Shown: positions 35,181 to 47,055 of the stretch, piece by piece
How the letters are laid out: every line of letters starts with the position of its first letter
How positions within the stretch are numbered: position 1 is the first letter of the stretch
Source of the DNA: Hydrolagus affinis
Lineage: Eukaryota
Assembly: GCA_012026655.1 (NCBI GenBank)
Contig: JAAILG010000472.1
Coordinates: forward strand, 1-64,000
Direction of reading: 5' to 3'
Length of the DNA stretch: 64,000 nt
Notes under the pieces: model-generated
Told to the model about the DNA's origin: nothing
What the model saw: the letters and a program-made list of their open reading frames with translations, nothing else
Database searches by the model: none
Program-made: the position numbers and the translations under genes

Positions 35181-35989
35181 GGATTATTAAGTGCCTCAAA
35201 TGGAAGTTCAGTACCTTGCTTTAATACAGTGTATGCAAATTGACTAAATCCACTTACAAAATACACGCACACTTGGTTTCTTGATATGTGTACGTATGTG
35301 TATTGCTTTCTTCATCTTGTACCTCAGGATAGAAAGGACCAGCGAGTCAACTTATTTCTCTCTCTCTTTCTCTCCACAAGTATAGTTTTTTATTGCAGAC
35401 AGGACTAAGTGGTGAAGTGCACAAACCCTTGGTTTAAAGTTGAGCTCTCTGTTCCTTTCGATATTCGGTTCTTCCTACTTCATGGTCTCTATTCTCAGAA
35501 TGACACACTGGTGCAAAAGTCCCCTTGCTCACACGCTAAGGGTAAGAGAACCAGCAGATCTTGAAGACAAGCTGCAAAGCATTGTGTTGAAACCTTCCCG
35601 GTGTGTCAGGCCAAAGCTTGTGGGGAGGTCATTGCTGAGGAGTTTAATGACGGCCATTCAGTTGTGTTGTGACAAGCAAATAGCTTTAGCGCAACTTTAA
35701 AAGTGGGGCAATTGCGTTAACAGTTTTTTGTCGCAACGGATGGCATGAGGCGACACAGTTATGTAAAGAAAATGTCAAGCAGGGCTTCAGCAGAGATGAA
35801 TCTCCTCAGTTGTATGGGTTTGAACCTGTTATCACACATCTTGGGCGGGGAGGCACAGGGAACCACAATGGGTGCACAGCAGAGACTTTCTCGGGTGTCT
35901 GTTCTGCTTGTTGCTTTCCTGCAAATTCACGTGCTTCTCTGATTCAGTTCATCTCGAGACCTATAACAAGCAATATGTTTTTGAACGTT

Positions 35990-36300
35990 GTTGTGTTGGA
36001 GGGAAGCGAGGGAGAGAGAGGGAGAGGAGGGGCTAGGAGAAAACAAAACAGTCTCACGGCTATATGGCTGGCAGACTGCGGTGCGGTTAAAAGATGTTGC
36101 CGAGCCCTTTTGTGATCTGCTGTTGCATGACTATATTATGTGATGCCCTCACTCGCGCGCCCGCTCGCTTACCGCGATTCACGTGATTTTCCGAGTGCAG
36201 TGCAGATCCTGAGCGAACACTACAAAGTGGCGGAAGGTCTGACCCGTTGTCTGCGGGAACTGTGGTGGTTTTGGTGACACTTTGATTCTCACCTCTGTCG
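35990..36300. promoter_or_regulatory. Internal CpG-rich island, candidate alternative promoter/enhancer
   Basis: Polypurine tract ~35998-36045; CTCGCGCGCCCGCTCGC; E-box TCACGTGA 36179-36186. Confidence 0.4.
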
Positions 36301-36383
36301 TGTGAACTTGATTCTGGCTCTGAGTCGATGGACTCTAGCCCTGAGCCGATTTCCTCCTTCTAACTCCCTGTCATTCCTCAATG

Positions 36384-36826
36384 ACAACAACAGCTTGCAT
36401 TTACATAACCCCACTCCCGCAGGGTAGATTGTTAAAGCGCTTGACGGTGGATGAGCACGGTGCCAAGTCGGGACGAGTGGGAGGTGACCGTAGGCACGGT
36501 CGAATAGGAAGGTACTTTCAAGCGAAATCTGAAGATAGGGAAGGAGGGGGCAAGAAGGAGAAATAGAGGAAGAGTGTTCCAGAGTGGATGAAAGTCTGGC
36601 CACCAATGGTGGAAAGGAGAGCACTCGTGTGGGGACATGCAGGAGGATGGAGCCAGTGGAGGCAGTTGTCTTGTGCCCTTTCTTTTTGTCTTTGAGTCCC
36701 ACCTGAAGTCCCACCTCTCCAAACACAGCCATAGCTGCCGCAACAACACTGATCCGTCCCTGGATTGGTGTTCAATTCTGGGCCCTTGTAAAGTGCCCTG
36801 CGTGATATATATGTAAGTTGTTGTTG
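36384..36826. mobile_element. Two L2 3' fragments in opposite orientation (- ~36384-36690, + ~36690-36826)
   Basis: CAACAACAGCTTGCATT at left, GTAAGTTGTTGTTG at right; minus ORFs contain WNTLP and FLFDRAYG. Confidence 0.7.
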
Positions 36827-37109
36827 CAGGAGAATTGACCAATTTTACCGTGAGGACTGTTGGTCAGACACCAGGAGAAACTCCCTTCTCTTCTGAGTGA
36901 TGCCATGGGAGCTTTACATTGGATAAAGCCCCGATTCATTTATATCATTACCCATTTTAAAAATGCTGATTAATTCATACGACAATCCTATTAATCTGGA
37001 TAAAATGCTGTGCTGGTCGCCGCTCCTAGGCTGGACAGGAAGAGGAAATGGAACTTTGGTTAATATCGAACGCTGCTTAAACCGGACAAATAATAATCGC
37101 TCCGCAAAA

Positions 37110-37296
37110 AAACACGATAATAAAATTGGTCATTTCAATGCACGGCTATTTGTGGGATACTACTGTGTGCAATTGGCTGCTGCGTTTTGCCCACAAATAT
37201 ACAAACAATTCACTTTATAGTACATTCTGTGAAGCACTTTGACACGGCAAGAAGATGTGAAAAGCGCTATATCAAATGCAAGGATTATTATTATTA
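37110..37296 (+). mobile_element. SINE 3' half
   Basis: Body and tail GCAAGGATTATTATTATT. Confidence 0.88.
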
Positions 37297-37838
37297 AAAA
37301 TGGCCAGCCCCAATGAGCCCATCTTAACCGACTTCCACTGTTTTGTGAAACTTTCAACAGCTTCAAAGTAGGAGATTCTAATCAAGATGATGAACATACA
37401 TCCTGATGTGGGGATGGACAGAGATTCTGATGTTTCTAGATTACCTTTTGTGATGACAGAACTTTTCTGAAGAATATAGACTAAGCAGTGTAGGCTGAAA
37501 GCGTAGCGTAATACTGTAATCAGTGCGTAAGGAAGAAGTTGGGTGAATTGCCTGTGCTTGATCCATGTTGCAATATTAATGAGTCTAACAGAATTGCAGT
37601 AGTAATGGAATCAATTTAACAAAGTGCTTGTAATGGGAACTGATCTATACATAATCCCCGGAGTCTGCGAACACTCCCTATTGTGGCACAGGTAGATCAG
37701 TGCTGAGGATTTGAGTTGTTCTGTCGCTCTAGTAGAAAAAAGGCTACCTGTGGGAAAAATGGGAGTTTTAACAATATACAAAACTGCACATAAATATTAG
37801 AAAACATCTTTGGAAAAACGTTTAATAATAGAAAAGTC

Positions 37839-38159
37839 TCTGTATCCTTCTTCGACTGCTTTATTTGCCTACATGTCACTGTTTACCTAGTAATAATAAT
37901 ACTCGCATTTAATCAAACAAATGATCTTTGCATTTGAGGTATAGCGTCTTTCACGCAGAGAGGATGTCTCAAAGCACACCACAGGATTTACTGTAATGTG
38001 GAGATAGCTATGTATTTCTTTGCCCAATCCACTTTACAATATATTTCGTGAAGCGCTTTGAGAAGTCCCAACGACTTGATAAGGCGCTAGATTAAATACA
38101 AGTATTATTAGGTAAACAGAGACATGTAGGCAAATAAAGCAGTCTAACAAGAATACAGA
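37839..38159. repeat. Inverted duplication: ~70-bp arms (37839-37914, 38090-38159) around two oppositely oriented SINE tails
   Basis: Reverse complement of the left arm aligns to the right arm with 6 substitutions and one 6-nt indel (manual alignment). Confidence 0.9.
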
Positions 38160-38968
38160 AGTAGAAGATTGGTAAAAGTCACACTAAAGTGTCTTTAAAG
38201 AAAGGAAAGAAAGGCATGGGAATAATGAGAGATCAAGATTTATAATGACATTTTAAAAATAATAATTTGGTCAATCAAACCACAACCGTTTGTGGGATAA
38301 AGCTGTGTTCAATTGGTGTTTCACCCGCAATATATACAGTCAAGTCAGTTTGCAATTTTTATTCTGCGAAGCGCTTTGAGACGTCTCGAAGACATGATAA
38401 GGCGCAAAATCAAGGATTATTATTTACAATGAATATACAGCACGGAAACAGGCTGGTGCGTCCCATACAAGTCACAATAAAAGTGTAAATGAAGAAAAAG
38501 AGGCTGATGGTTTGTGAAACTCCTGTCAATAAAATGTGTGTGTGTGTGCGTGCGCACTTGTACACACAGCCGTACACACACCTGTGTGCGCATTCATCAT
38601 ATTACATCAGAGATTGCTGCTGTTGAGCCTGCTTCTAGGCCAGTGATGGCTGAGCTTTTTGATCAACCAACCGCCACTTTAGGCGTTGCCTTCGTTTGCT
38701 TCACTTTCTCTTGCGAAAACCACACATATCCACCTTTCAAGGCGTCGCTTCATTAGTGAATAATAGGACAGTGGGGCACTCTAACCCGAATGTAGGGTGT
38801 GGCCCTGATTCATTGAAAAACTCTTGTTGTGGTGGCTTAGTGGGTGGATTGATCAACACAGAAAACATCTCCACCCATCTCCCTCGACTCCCATCCCTCC
38901 AAATTGTGGTCTGACCCTGATTCATCAACATCTTAAAAAAATCCCCCCCACAACCATCCAAGCATTGA

Positions 38969-39380
38969 GGAGTCCTGTATCGAAGTAATTAAGAGCACTC
39001 ACCTCACAAGTGGGTTGGAATCGCGAGCAGAGCTAACTGTTGGGAAAGTTTCCTTGCTTCACATGTCTCTGTTTACCCAGCAATAAGTAGGAACTTGGTT
39101 GTTAGCAGATTGGCGGGTCACTTTTCCAGGGGTAATAAAATCCCTTTTTTAAAAAAAAAATTGTTACTCAATCCACAACCCTCTGTGGGACAGTGCTCTA
39201 CACAATTCGCTGCTGTGTTTCGCTCATAAAATATACGGTCAATTCAATGTACTATATATTCAGTGAAGCGTGTTGAGGTGTTTCGAACACCAACAAAATA
39301 CAACAAAATGACACTTGTATAGTGCTTTTCAAGATGTGTTAAGGCACTGTATCAAATACAAGGATTATTATTTTTATTAT
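38969..39380 (+). mobile_element. Long-form SINE with ~43-bp antisense L2-tail insertion (39288-39330)
   Basis: GGAGTCCTGTA head, CTGTTTACCCAGCAATAAGTAGGAAC segment; tail interrupted by CAACAAAATGACACTTGTATAGTGCTTTTC. Confidence 0.85.
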
Positions 39381-39761
39381 CTACCAAATTGTTATCACTT
39401 AATGCCCTCGATTTATAGGCACCAACTAACACAAGGTGTGAAGCTGAAGAAGTCAAATCCAAATACAAGTGTGGAGTAGGGCCTGGAGTTAAAGTGAGCT
39501 AAACATTGCTCAGGAAGTGAGGACCGGGCTGGAAGTTGAGTTGGGAAAGAGGAGCTAAACTGTGATCTAAATGTACAGTAGTTGATGCTGAACCTGCAAA
39601 GTTGTACCTTGAATCATGTAATTTTACTTTAATCCAAACAAACACAAAAGTCCAGGCTAGTTTTGTTAGCAAAGAAATTGCCTTGTTTATCCATTTTAAA
39701 ATATTTGCATTAGATATGGTGCCTTGTTACGTGGTGGAGGCATCTCAAAGTGTTTCACGAT

Positions 39762-40140
39762 TAAAATCCTTGTCCTCATCTTCAAAGCCCTCCACGGTCT
39801 TCTTCCGCCCTACCTCTGCGGCCTTCTAAGACCTCACCAATCTGTCCACTCCCTCCACCAGACTGGTCCTGCCCTCGGCACCATTGGAGGTCGGGACTTA
39901 ACTTTTCCGCTCTTACCCTCTGGAACTCCACTCTGCAGCCTCTCCACCTCGACCCCTCCCTTGCCTCCTTCAAGGCCCATCTCAAGACCTTCCTCTTTGA
40001 CTGTACCTTTGGTCATCTCCTCACCAACCCCCTATCCCCATGCCCTCCACCCCTGCTGACTCCACAAGCTGTAGCTCGGATGCAAACCCTTGACTGTCCA
40101 GCGCCTTGGGGCGTGCTCCTGACTTGAAAGATGCTTTAAA
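39762..40140 (+). mobile_element. L2 ORF2 C-terminus and 3'UTR
   Basis: ORF 39724-40059 KILVLIFKALHGLLPPYL...TIGGRD. Confidence 0.88.
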
Positions 40141-40144
40141 TTGT

Positions 40145-40186
40145 TCTACTTACAGAGAGTAGACAGATCTACTCTCTGTAAGTAGA
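40145..40186. repeat. Perfect 19-bp inverted repeat with 4-nt loop
   Basis: TCTACTTACAGAGAGTAGA-CAGA-TCTACTCTCTGTAAGTAGA. Confidence 0.97.
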
Positions 40187-41519
40187 TTTACAGGATCTAC
40201 TGTAAAGTGGTCGTGTATTTCTGTTTTGTGGGTGAACAAGGTTGACTAAAACACAAAAGAGCTGGCGAACTGCTGTAACCTCTGCCGAGCTCTCGCCTGA
40301 AGTAGACAGTCAGAGCTCAGCGGATTCAGCCGCTTCCATTCAGCCTCGTCAGCTCGACTTTCACAGGAAGTTGCTGTGTGTTTGGCCTCGTGGCTGGGCT
40401 GTGCACAACTCACAAGCCAGCAGAGGTAACATCAGTTTACTGGAGATTTTGCAGCTCATCGCTTGTTAATAAACAAGTGAAAGGGGGAACGAAAGAGAAC
40501 GTGTTCTTTTTATATATTTTTAGGTGGCTTCTTTACCAATTTCCTCATTCCTTTTGCATTTTAGACATAAAACTTTTTTTGTTAAAAAATCACACGGAGC
40601 CTGGAAGAGTGCCCGCAAAGGCCTTGAATCGTTTAATTTTGGCTCGACTGTGGTTGCCGCCTGACCTTTTGAAGGCAAACGCTTGCTGCTGGTTTTATAG
40701 ACGAGCAGTGGAAGCGAGCGTACAGCTGTTCTCTGTGGGTTTCACATTGTTTGATGCATTTTACTCTGGGCTCTGGAGTTGAGGTTTGAATCTCCACCTG
40801 TGGCAGAGGTTAAGCTTTGGAAGGAAGGAGCTGGAAAGAGAGAAGCTGTTACCTGCTACATAGACCCAATAGATCTGTGCAAGAAACTGAGCCCTGACGT
40901 AAATTGTGGTTTGATCTGTTCTGCACAAACCATGCTGACTGCCTTTTAAATGTTAAGCGTGTTGCAGCAATGCCTGTTGATTGGCAATTGTGAAATTCTG
41001 CTTCCTACTGCAGTGACTGGTCAGAATCTTTGTACGTTTGCACCTTTCTCCACTCACTGACAAACCAAACGTTATTAAAGGTTTCAAGGCAGTATATTGG
41101 AAGATTTTGCAGATCAAGGACAGTTGCGCTTTCCAACCATTTATCGTGAGGTGTTCTTTTGCACCCTCAATGTTCGTGAGTTTGACACTTTGTACCCTCA
41201 CAACACCTCCCTCCCCACATCATTACTCTGTAACCTCCTTGAGTGCAGTGCAGTGTTCAGTCCTGAAGCTGGTCAGAAAGGAATAACCACTGTGTAACAA
41301 AGCAGAATGTGCGGACAACCTAAGCTGATTCCTCCTGTATTTACTGCTTCCTTTCCTCAACCCAAACCCACCACCTCTTCACACGTACCACTACAACCAT
41401 GATTGTAGATAGTTCTGATTTCAGATCACAAACTCACTTTGTAGAGGGTAGAACTGAGCCCAGGCAATTCCCAAGCGTATGTACAGTATTACATTTTATA
41501 ATTTTTCTTTGACCTGTAA

Positions 41520-41964
41520 ATAAACATTGTAGGACACTGCTGCGCGCAAATGGCTGCCGTGTTTCATCCACAAAAGATATACAATCAATTCACTTTACAG
41601 TATATTCTGTGAAGTGCTTTGAGATGTCTCATAGACCTAATAATATAATAATAAACTTAGCGTTCGATAAAGCGCTTTTCATGTCTTCTAGACATCTCAA
41701 AGCGCTTCACAGAATATACTGTAAAGTGAATTGACTGTACAATTGTGGGCGCAACACGGCAGCCTATTGCTCACAGCATATCACATAAACAGTCGTGGAT
41801 TGAAGTGACCAATTTATTATTGTTTTTTTCTTGACCATGTTGAGAAAGGAAGCTTGCCAAAAATGTTGCCCTGCTGGGAATTTAACTCAGGTCTCTCGCT
41901 TGTGAGGCATGTGCTATAACCACTGAGCTATGGGACTCCTTTTTAATAAGGCGCCGTGTCAAAT
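41520..41964. mobile_element. + strand SINE 3' half with a full-length - strand SINE (41638-41939) inserted in its tail
   Basis: Outer copy breaks at GTCTCATAGACC (41637) and resumes TAATAAGGCGCCGTGTCAAAT (41944-41964). Confidence 0.88.
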
Positions 41965-43547
41965 TTTTGGATGTGCTCCCATCAAAAGCAACAATTATTA
42001 TTTTATTATTACTGTATTATTGTTTCTACTTTTCCCTGAAGAAATGGCAGTTTCAGTGACTAATCTTTTCACACATACACATCAGTGACCTGTTTGGGGA
42101 TTTTGTACTTCATTTAAGAACAATGTACAGTAGTGTGTTGGAATTTGCAATCTGTGCATAGGTCTTTCTCAATGTTAGTGTTGGCAACGAGGTGCCTGTT
42201 ACCAGCTATCCTGTGGGCCTTTCTGTGCTCTATACTGTAAGGAACCACCTGATTTCTTTTGGAAATTGCGCGGATTGTACTGATTACAATACTTAACAGT
42301 ATGCAACCGATGTGTCAGGTCTTCGAGAAAACAATTCAATACAACGTCTCAGCCCTGTCACTTTTTTTTTTAAATGAGCGTTTTTGTAAGAACGGTCACA
42401 ATATATCCTGTTCGCACAGTGATCCCAGAGACTTGCATTTTCTGACTCATTGATAATGTCTTCAGATTCAACATTTCTTTGCCCCTCCCCTCCACTCCCA
42501 TTTTTCATGGTAATCTGCCTTGTATGCGTTTTCCATTGTCTTTCCAAAAACAACCATAGCTAAGTGCGGCTTTGGTTAATGAAATGTAAATGAAGTGGCA
42601 AGAGCTGCACTTCTACTTCTCGAGAGTTTCAGCCCGAAACACTTGCCTGCAAGTCAACAGTCACTTCATGGAAACCTTTGTGAAGCTCTTTGAGACCGTC
42701 TCCACCTTATAAATGCTCAAATGCAAGTATTATTATGCTGATGAATTGATGGAATGGAATTCTCATTCTCTTTACGCTCTGAATCTTCATTGGCCGCTAA
42801 AGCCTCAAATGCAATGAATTGAAAATTGGGAATCGGCTGGTAATTAAGAATCAAGTTAAAGGGAGGAGGCAGCTGTTTCCATTTGGGGGAAGGTTTTGTT
42901 TCAGTAAATCTGTCAGGAAGTATATTTCTAAAATATAAACAGTATTTTGCCCACAAAATACAGTCAAATTCACTTTACAGTATATTCTGTGAAGCGCTTT
43001 CAGACGTCTGAACGATGTGATAAGGCTATATATCAAAATCAGGGATTTTTTTTATTATTATTAAAATCATCGCCTTGGAGTTGAAATAAGCAGAATAAGC
43101 CGCTCTGCATAATTTTGTTTATAAACTTGGCAATAGTGCCTCATTTGGCAGTAATGTTCTTCTCTGTGCCAAAGTAAATAGTCAATACTATGGACTGTTT
43201 TCAATCTCAATTCAGATGCATCCATTTCAGTAGACGTTCAATATGTGCGCGGCACCATGCTTACGTTCCACTTGTGTGCTTTTCTTTCTCTCCCCTATTA
43301 GTTTTCTCTTCCCTTCTCTATCAACCTCTCGCAAAGGCTGTGACCCCCGCTGTTTCGCAGATACCAGTAACTCTGTTCTACCAGATTCAAATGATCAGTG
43401 TTCAAATGGATTCTCCTATTCAGGCTCGCTTGACTTAATAGGGTTGAATCACAGCCAAAGTCAAGTTGCTTCCTTACTCAACTTCCGGACATGTGCTTTC
43501 TCCAGCAAAGGCCAATATGTACCTGTGGGCAGGAACCCTTTTCTCTC

Positions 43548-44262
43548 ATAGGAACAGGAGTAGGCCATTCAGTCCCCCAAGCCTGTTCCGCCATTCTATC
43601 AGTTCAAGGCTGATCTGTACTGTACTGGATTGAAATGACCAATTTATTATTGCTTTTTTTTTCTCGAGGGATTATTATCCGGCATGTGGAGCAAGGAAAG
43701 TTGCCCAAGGTTTTGCCCTGCTGGGAATCAAACCCAGTGTCTTGCTTGCAAGACGAATGCTCTAACCACTGAGCTTACAGGACTCCAGAAGTAGCATTAT
43801 GTGTACCAAGTGCCAGCAGACCTTATCTTCCGACATTAGATCAGAATTATATAATAATTCTTGCATATGATATAGCACCTTTATGATTTTGTTGAAAGAT
43901 CTCAAAGCACTTTACAGAATATACTGTAGTAATAATAATAATCCTTGCATTTGATATAATGCTTTTCACGTCTCAAGGCGCTTCACAGAATATACTGTAA
44001 AGTGAATTGACTATATTTGTGGGCGAAATGCAGAAGTCAATTGTGCACATCAGTGTCCCACAAACAGTCGTGGATTGAAATGACCAATTTATTCTTGCAT
44101 TTTTTTTGGAGGGATTATTATTAGGCATGTGGAGTAAGGAAACTTGCCCAATGTTTCGCCCTGATCTGACTGGATTTGAAACACAGGTCTCTCACGCTTG
44201 TTAGGGCGAGTGCTCTAACCACTGAGCTACAGGGCTCCACGTGAATTGACTGTATATTTTGC
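43548..44262 (-). mobile_element. Cluster: CR1 3' tip (43548-43620), SINE 5' half (43626-43786), older SINE tail split by a full-length SINE (43930-44238)
   Basis: ATAGGAACAGGAGTAGGCCATTC; two tRNA heads; outer tail CAGAATATACTGTA resumes GTGAATTGACTG at 44241. Confidence 0.85.
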
Positions 44263-44866
44263 AGCAATGTGTCCTTCACCCCAAGCACTTTAGTGTTGTT
44301 CCACGTGATGAGTGCTATATAAATACAAGTTGTTGTTGTTGTTGTTGCAGAAGAGCACCCCCTACTACATCACCACAGTAGCATTTCCTTTCCTACAACG
44401 CTCAAATGTTATGAGTTGCTTGAGGTGAAGCTGCCAATTCTGTGGCAATTTCTAACATTGCATTGTCTGCTCACAGCTGCTAAATTTTACTCTCTAAGAA
44501 GCCCTACAATTGCAAGAAGAGACATGCAATCAATCTGGACAAGATTTGTGGTTGGCATCCCAATCCATGCTTATCCTCTGCTGTTTTCTTCATTGTACCT
44601 GTTGGCTAAATGTGAAATTAGTTTCTCCACGAGAGTTCAACTTGTGATCCAGGTTCTGAAGCAATCTAATGCAATGTAATCCAGATTTCTATGGCCTTAG
44701 TTGCCCCCTGCTTGTGTGCGTTGGTTACTTTGGAGCTATTTCTTTTCATTTCCTGACAATTCTTTGAAGCGAAAGGATGGCAAAGCTACAAAGTGCTTAA
44801 AAAAGGATCCTGGAATGTTATGGTGTTATGCTGCAACTCGTATCTGGTTAATAATAGTACCTGTAG

Positions 44867-45025
44867 TAATAATAATAATAATCCTTGCATTCGATATAGT
44901 ACCTTATCACATCGTTGAGACATCTCAAAGTGTTTCGCACTGTAGAATGGATTGACTGTATACTTTGTGGATGAAACACAATGAAACACAACACAGCCAA
45001 TTGCGCACAGCAGTGTCCCCCAAAC
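44867..45025 (-). mobile_element. SINE 3' half
   Basis: (TAA)n-TCCTTGCATTCGATATAG...GCGCACAGCAGTGTCCC. Confidence 0.82.
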
Positions 45026-46509
45026 CCCAAGCAACGCCTTCAATACTGAGTATGCAGCATGTTTTGTTTTGAGGTGACTTGAGTTTCTGAGTTTCAGAAT
45101 TTGCTGAAAGATACAATACCATTAGATTTAAAATACATATATTTAAAAATACACTTCTGCAAACCGGAGCGGAGGAGCTGCCAACGCAGCCAAAATACTT
45201 CAGAATGCTTTTCACTGCAAAGAGTTTCAGTAATTTCAGTGGAAACTGGCTCTCTGCAGTTCGGGCAGATTCCTGGGAAGAGATGAATAATAAACTAACA
45301 GTCATTTCTCTTCAGTGCAGTTGTTTTCCAAACCTGCCTTTTTTTTTAATATAAAAAAGATATATTTAATTTGGACATTTAACCTTGTGCACAACACATT
45401 CTGTACGGGGAGAGGTAAAAAAAATCTTTTGGGATCCGTAGGATCTAAATATATCCGGGAATTGGTTGAAATTCATAGATTTACTCGTATTTTCTTAGCT
45501 TTTTTTTTGCAGCATCCAGAATTTGCAACTACTTAAAAACAGTTTCTCTCATTTTTTTTTAAAAAAAGAACTGCAGAAAACTGCCTTCAAAGCTGTGACT
45601 GAATTCCAGAGTTTGCCAGAAATTGAGATGCACCTGAAAGGCTAAGAAAATTTAGTAAAACTAGAACCAGTCGGGATTTCTCCCTCTTCCCCCCTAAATT
45701 TTGAACACTTAAAGGATCCTTAAAGGATAAGTCTGGGCTCCAAACAACTTTCACATTAAACAATTTTCAAATGTATCATTTAATAATGATAATACTTGCA
45801 TTTGATATAGTTTCATTGAGTCATCTCATAGAGCTTTGCAGAATATACTGTAAAGTTGCATTAAATTTGACTATTTTGTGATCGAAACACGGCAGCCAAT
45901 TGTGTACAGTAGCCGTGGATTGCTGTGCTGGCCTTGGAAGGATTAGTATTTTTAATATATTTTAAGCAATCTGAACTCTTCCTAATAAGTGTGAGTTTGT
46001 AGCACAGATCGGCATCAACAACTATCATGACATAATAATAGTTATCCTTGAATTTGATATTGCGCCTTTCACATCAGGAGAATTGTTAACTGACTTCTGT
46101 TTTTTTTTAAAGAAACACATTTTAAAGCCTTAACAGTTTGCCTGTTCCTTCTTCACTCCCACCATCTCTCCCTTCCTTCCTCGCCCCTCCTCCCCAATAA
46201 AAAAAACTTCCACCTGGAGTCACAACATTTTCTCCAAACAAAACAACAAACTAATGCGGGACCTTTCAAAACTGCATGAGTACAGACTGCAACAGGAAAC
46301 ACATGTTCACCAATTTTAAGGATATGTCGGGAATGAAAAGGACAAATGCTCTATTGGTCACAAGGCAGCTGTTTTCCTTGGTGTATTTTAAGCACATTCT
46401 CTCCATGAATGGAGTCGTTTAAAGAATAAAGCACTTTTGAATACACAATTGCGATCATTATGAAATGCGAACCATCTATTCTTTTCTTCTACTTAAAGAA
46501 CTCCAAAGA

Positions 46510-47055
46510 GATATTGTGTGCAATTTTGATTTCCTTATTTAAGAAAGGATGTACTTGCCGTGGAGGGAATACAATGTAGATTCACAAGGATGGTACCTGG
46601 GATGAGGGGGATGAGTTATGAGGATAGGTTGAGCAATCTAGGCTTATATTCTCTAGAATATAGAAGAATCAGAGATCTTATAGAAACATATAAGATTATT
46701 AAGGGGCAAGACAGAGTAGATAGTGGGAGACTGTTTCCCCTGGTTGGAGAAACCATAACCAGGGGTCACAGTCTTAAAATTAGGGGTCAGCCCTTTCATA
46801 TTGAGTTGAGGAAAAACTTCTTCACTCTGAGGGTAGTGAATTTATGGAATTCTCTACCCCAAAGGGCTGTATATGCTCAGTCCTTGAACGTATTCAAGAT
46901 TGAGATTGATAGATTTCTTGTGGATAAAGGGGTTAAGGGATATGTGGATAAGGCGGGTAGGTGGAGTTAGAATAGAAGATCAGCCATGATCTTATCGAAT
47001 GGCGGGGCAGGCTCGAGGGGCCGAATGGCCTACTCCTGCTCCTGATTCTTATGTT
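46510..47055 (+). mobile_element. CR1 LINE 3' end
   Basis: ORF 46560-46970 RFTRMVPGM.G.SYEDRL..LGLYSLE.RR..DLIETYKI...VVNLWNSLP; tail TTCTTATGTTC. Confidence 0.95.

Noticed and set aside
35399-35541. Possible exon between TTATTGCAG and AGG|GTAAGA
   Set aside because: Stops in all three frames; could be a UTR exon but cannot be supported from sequence alone
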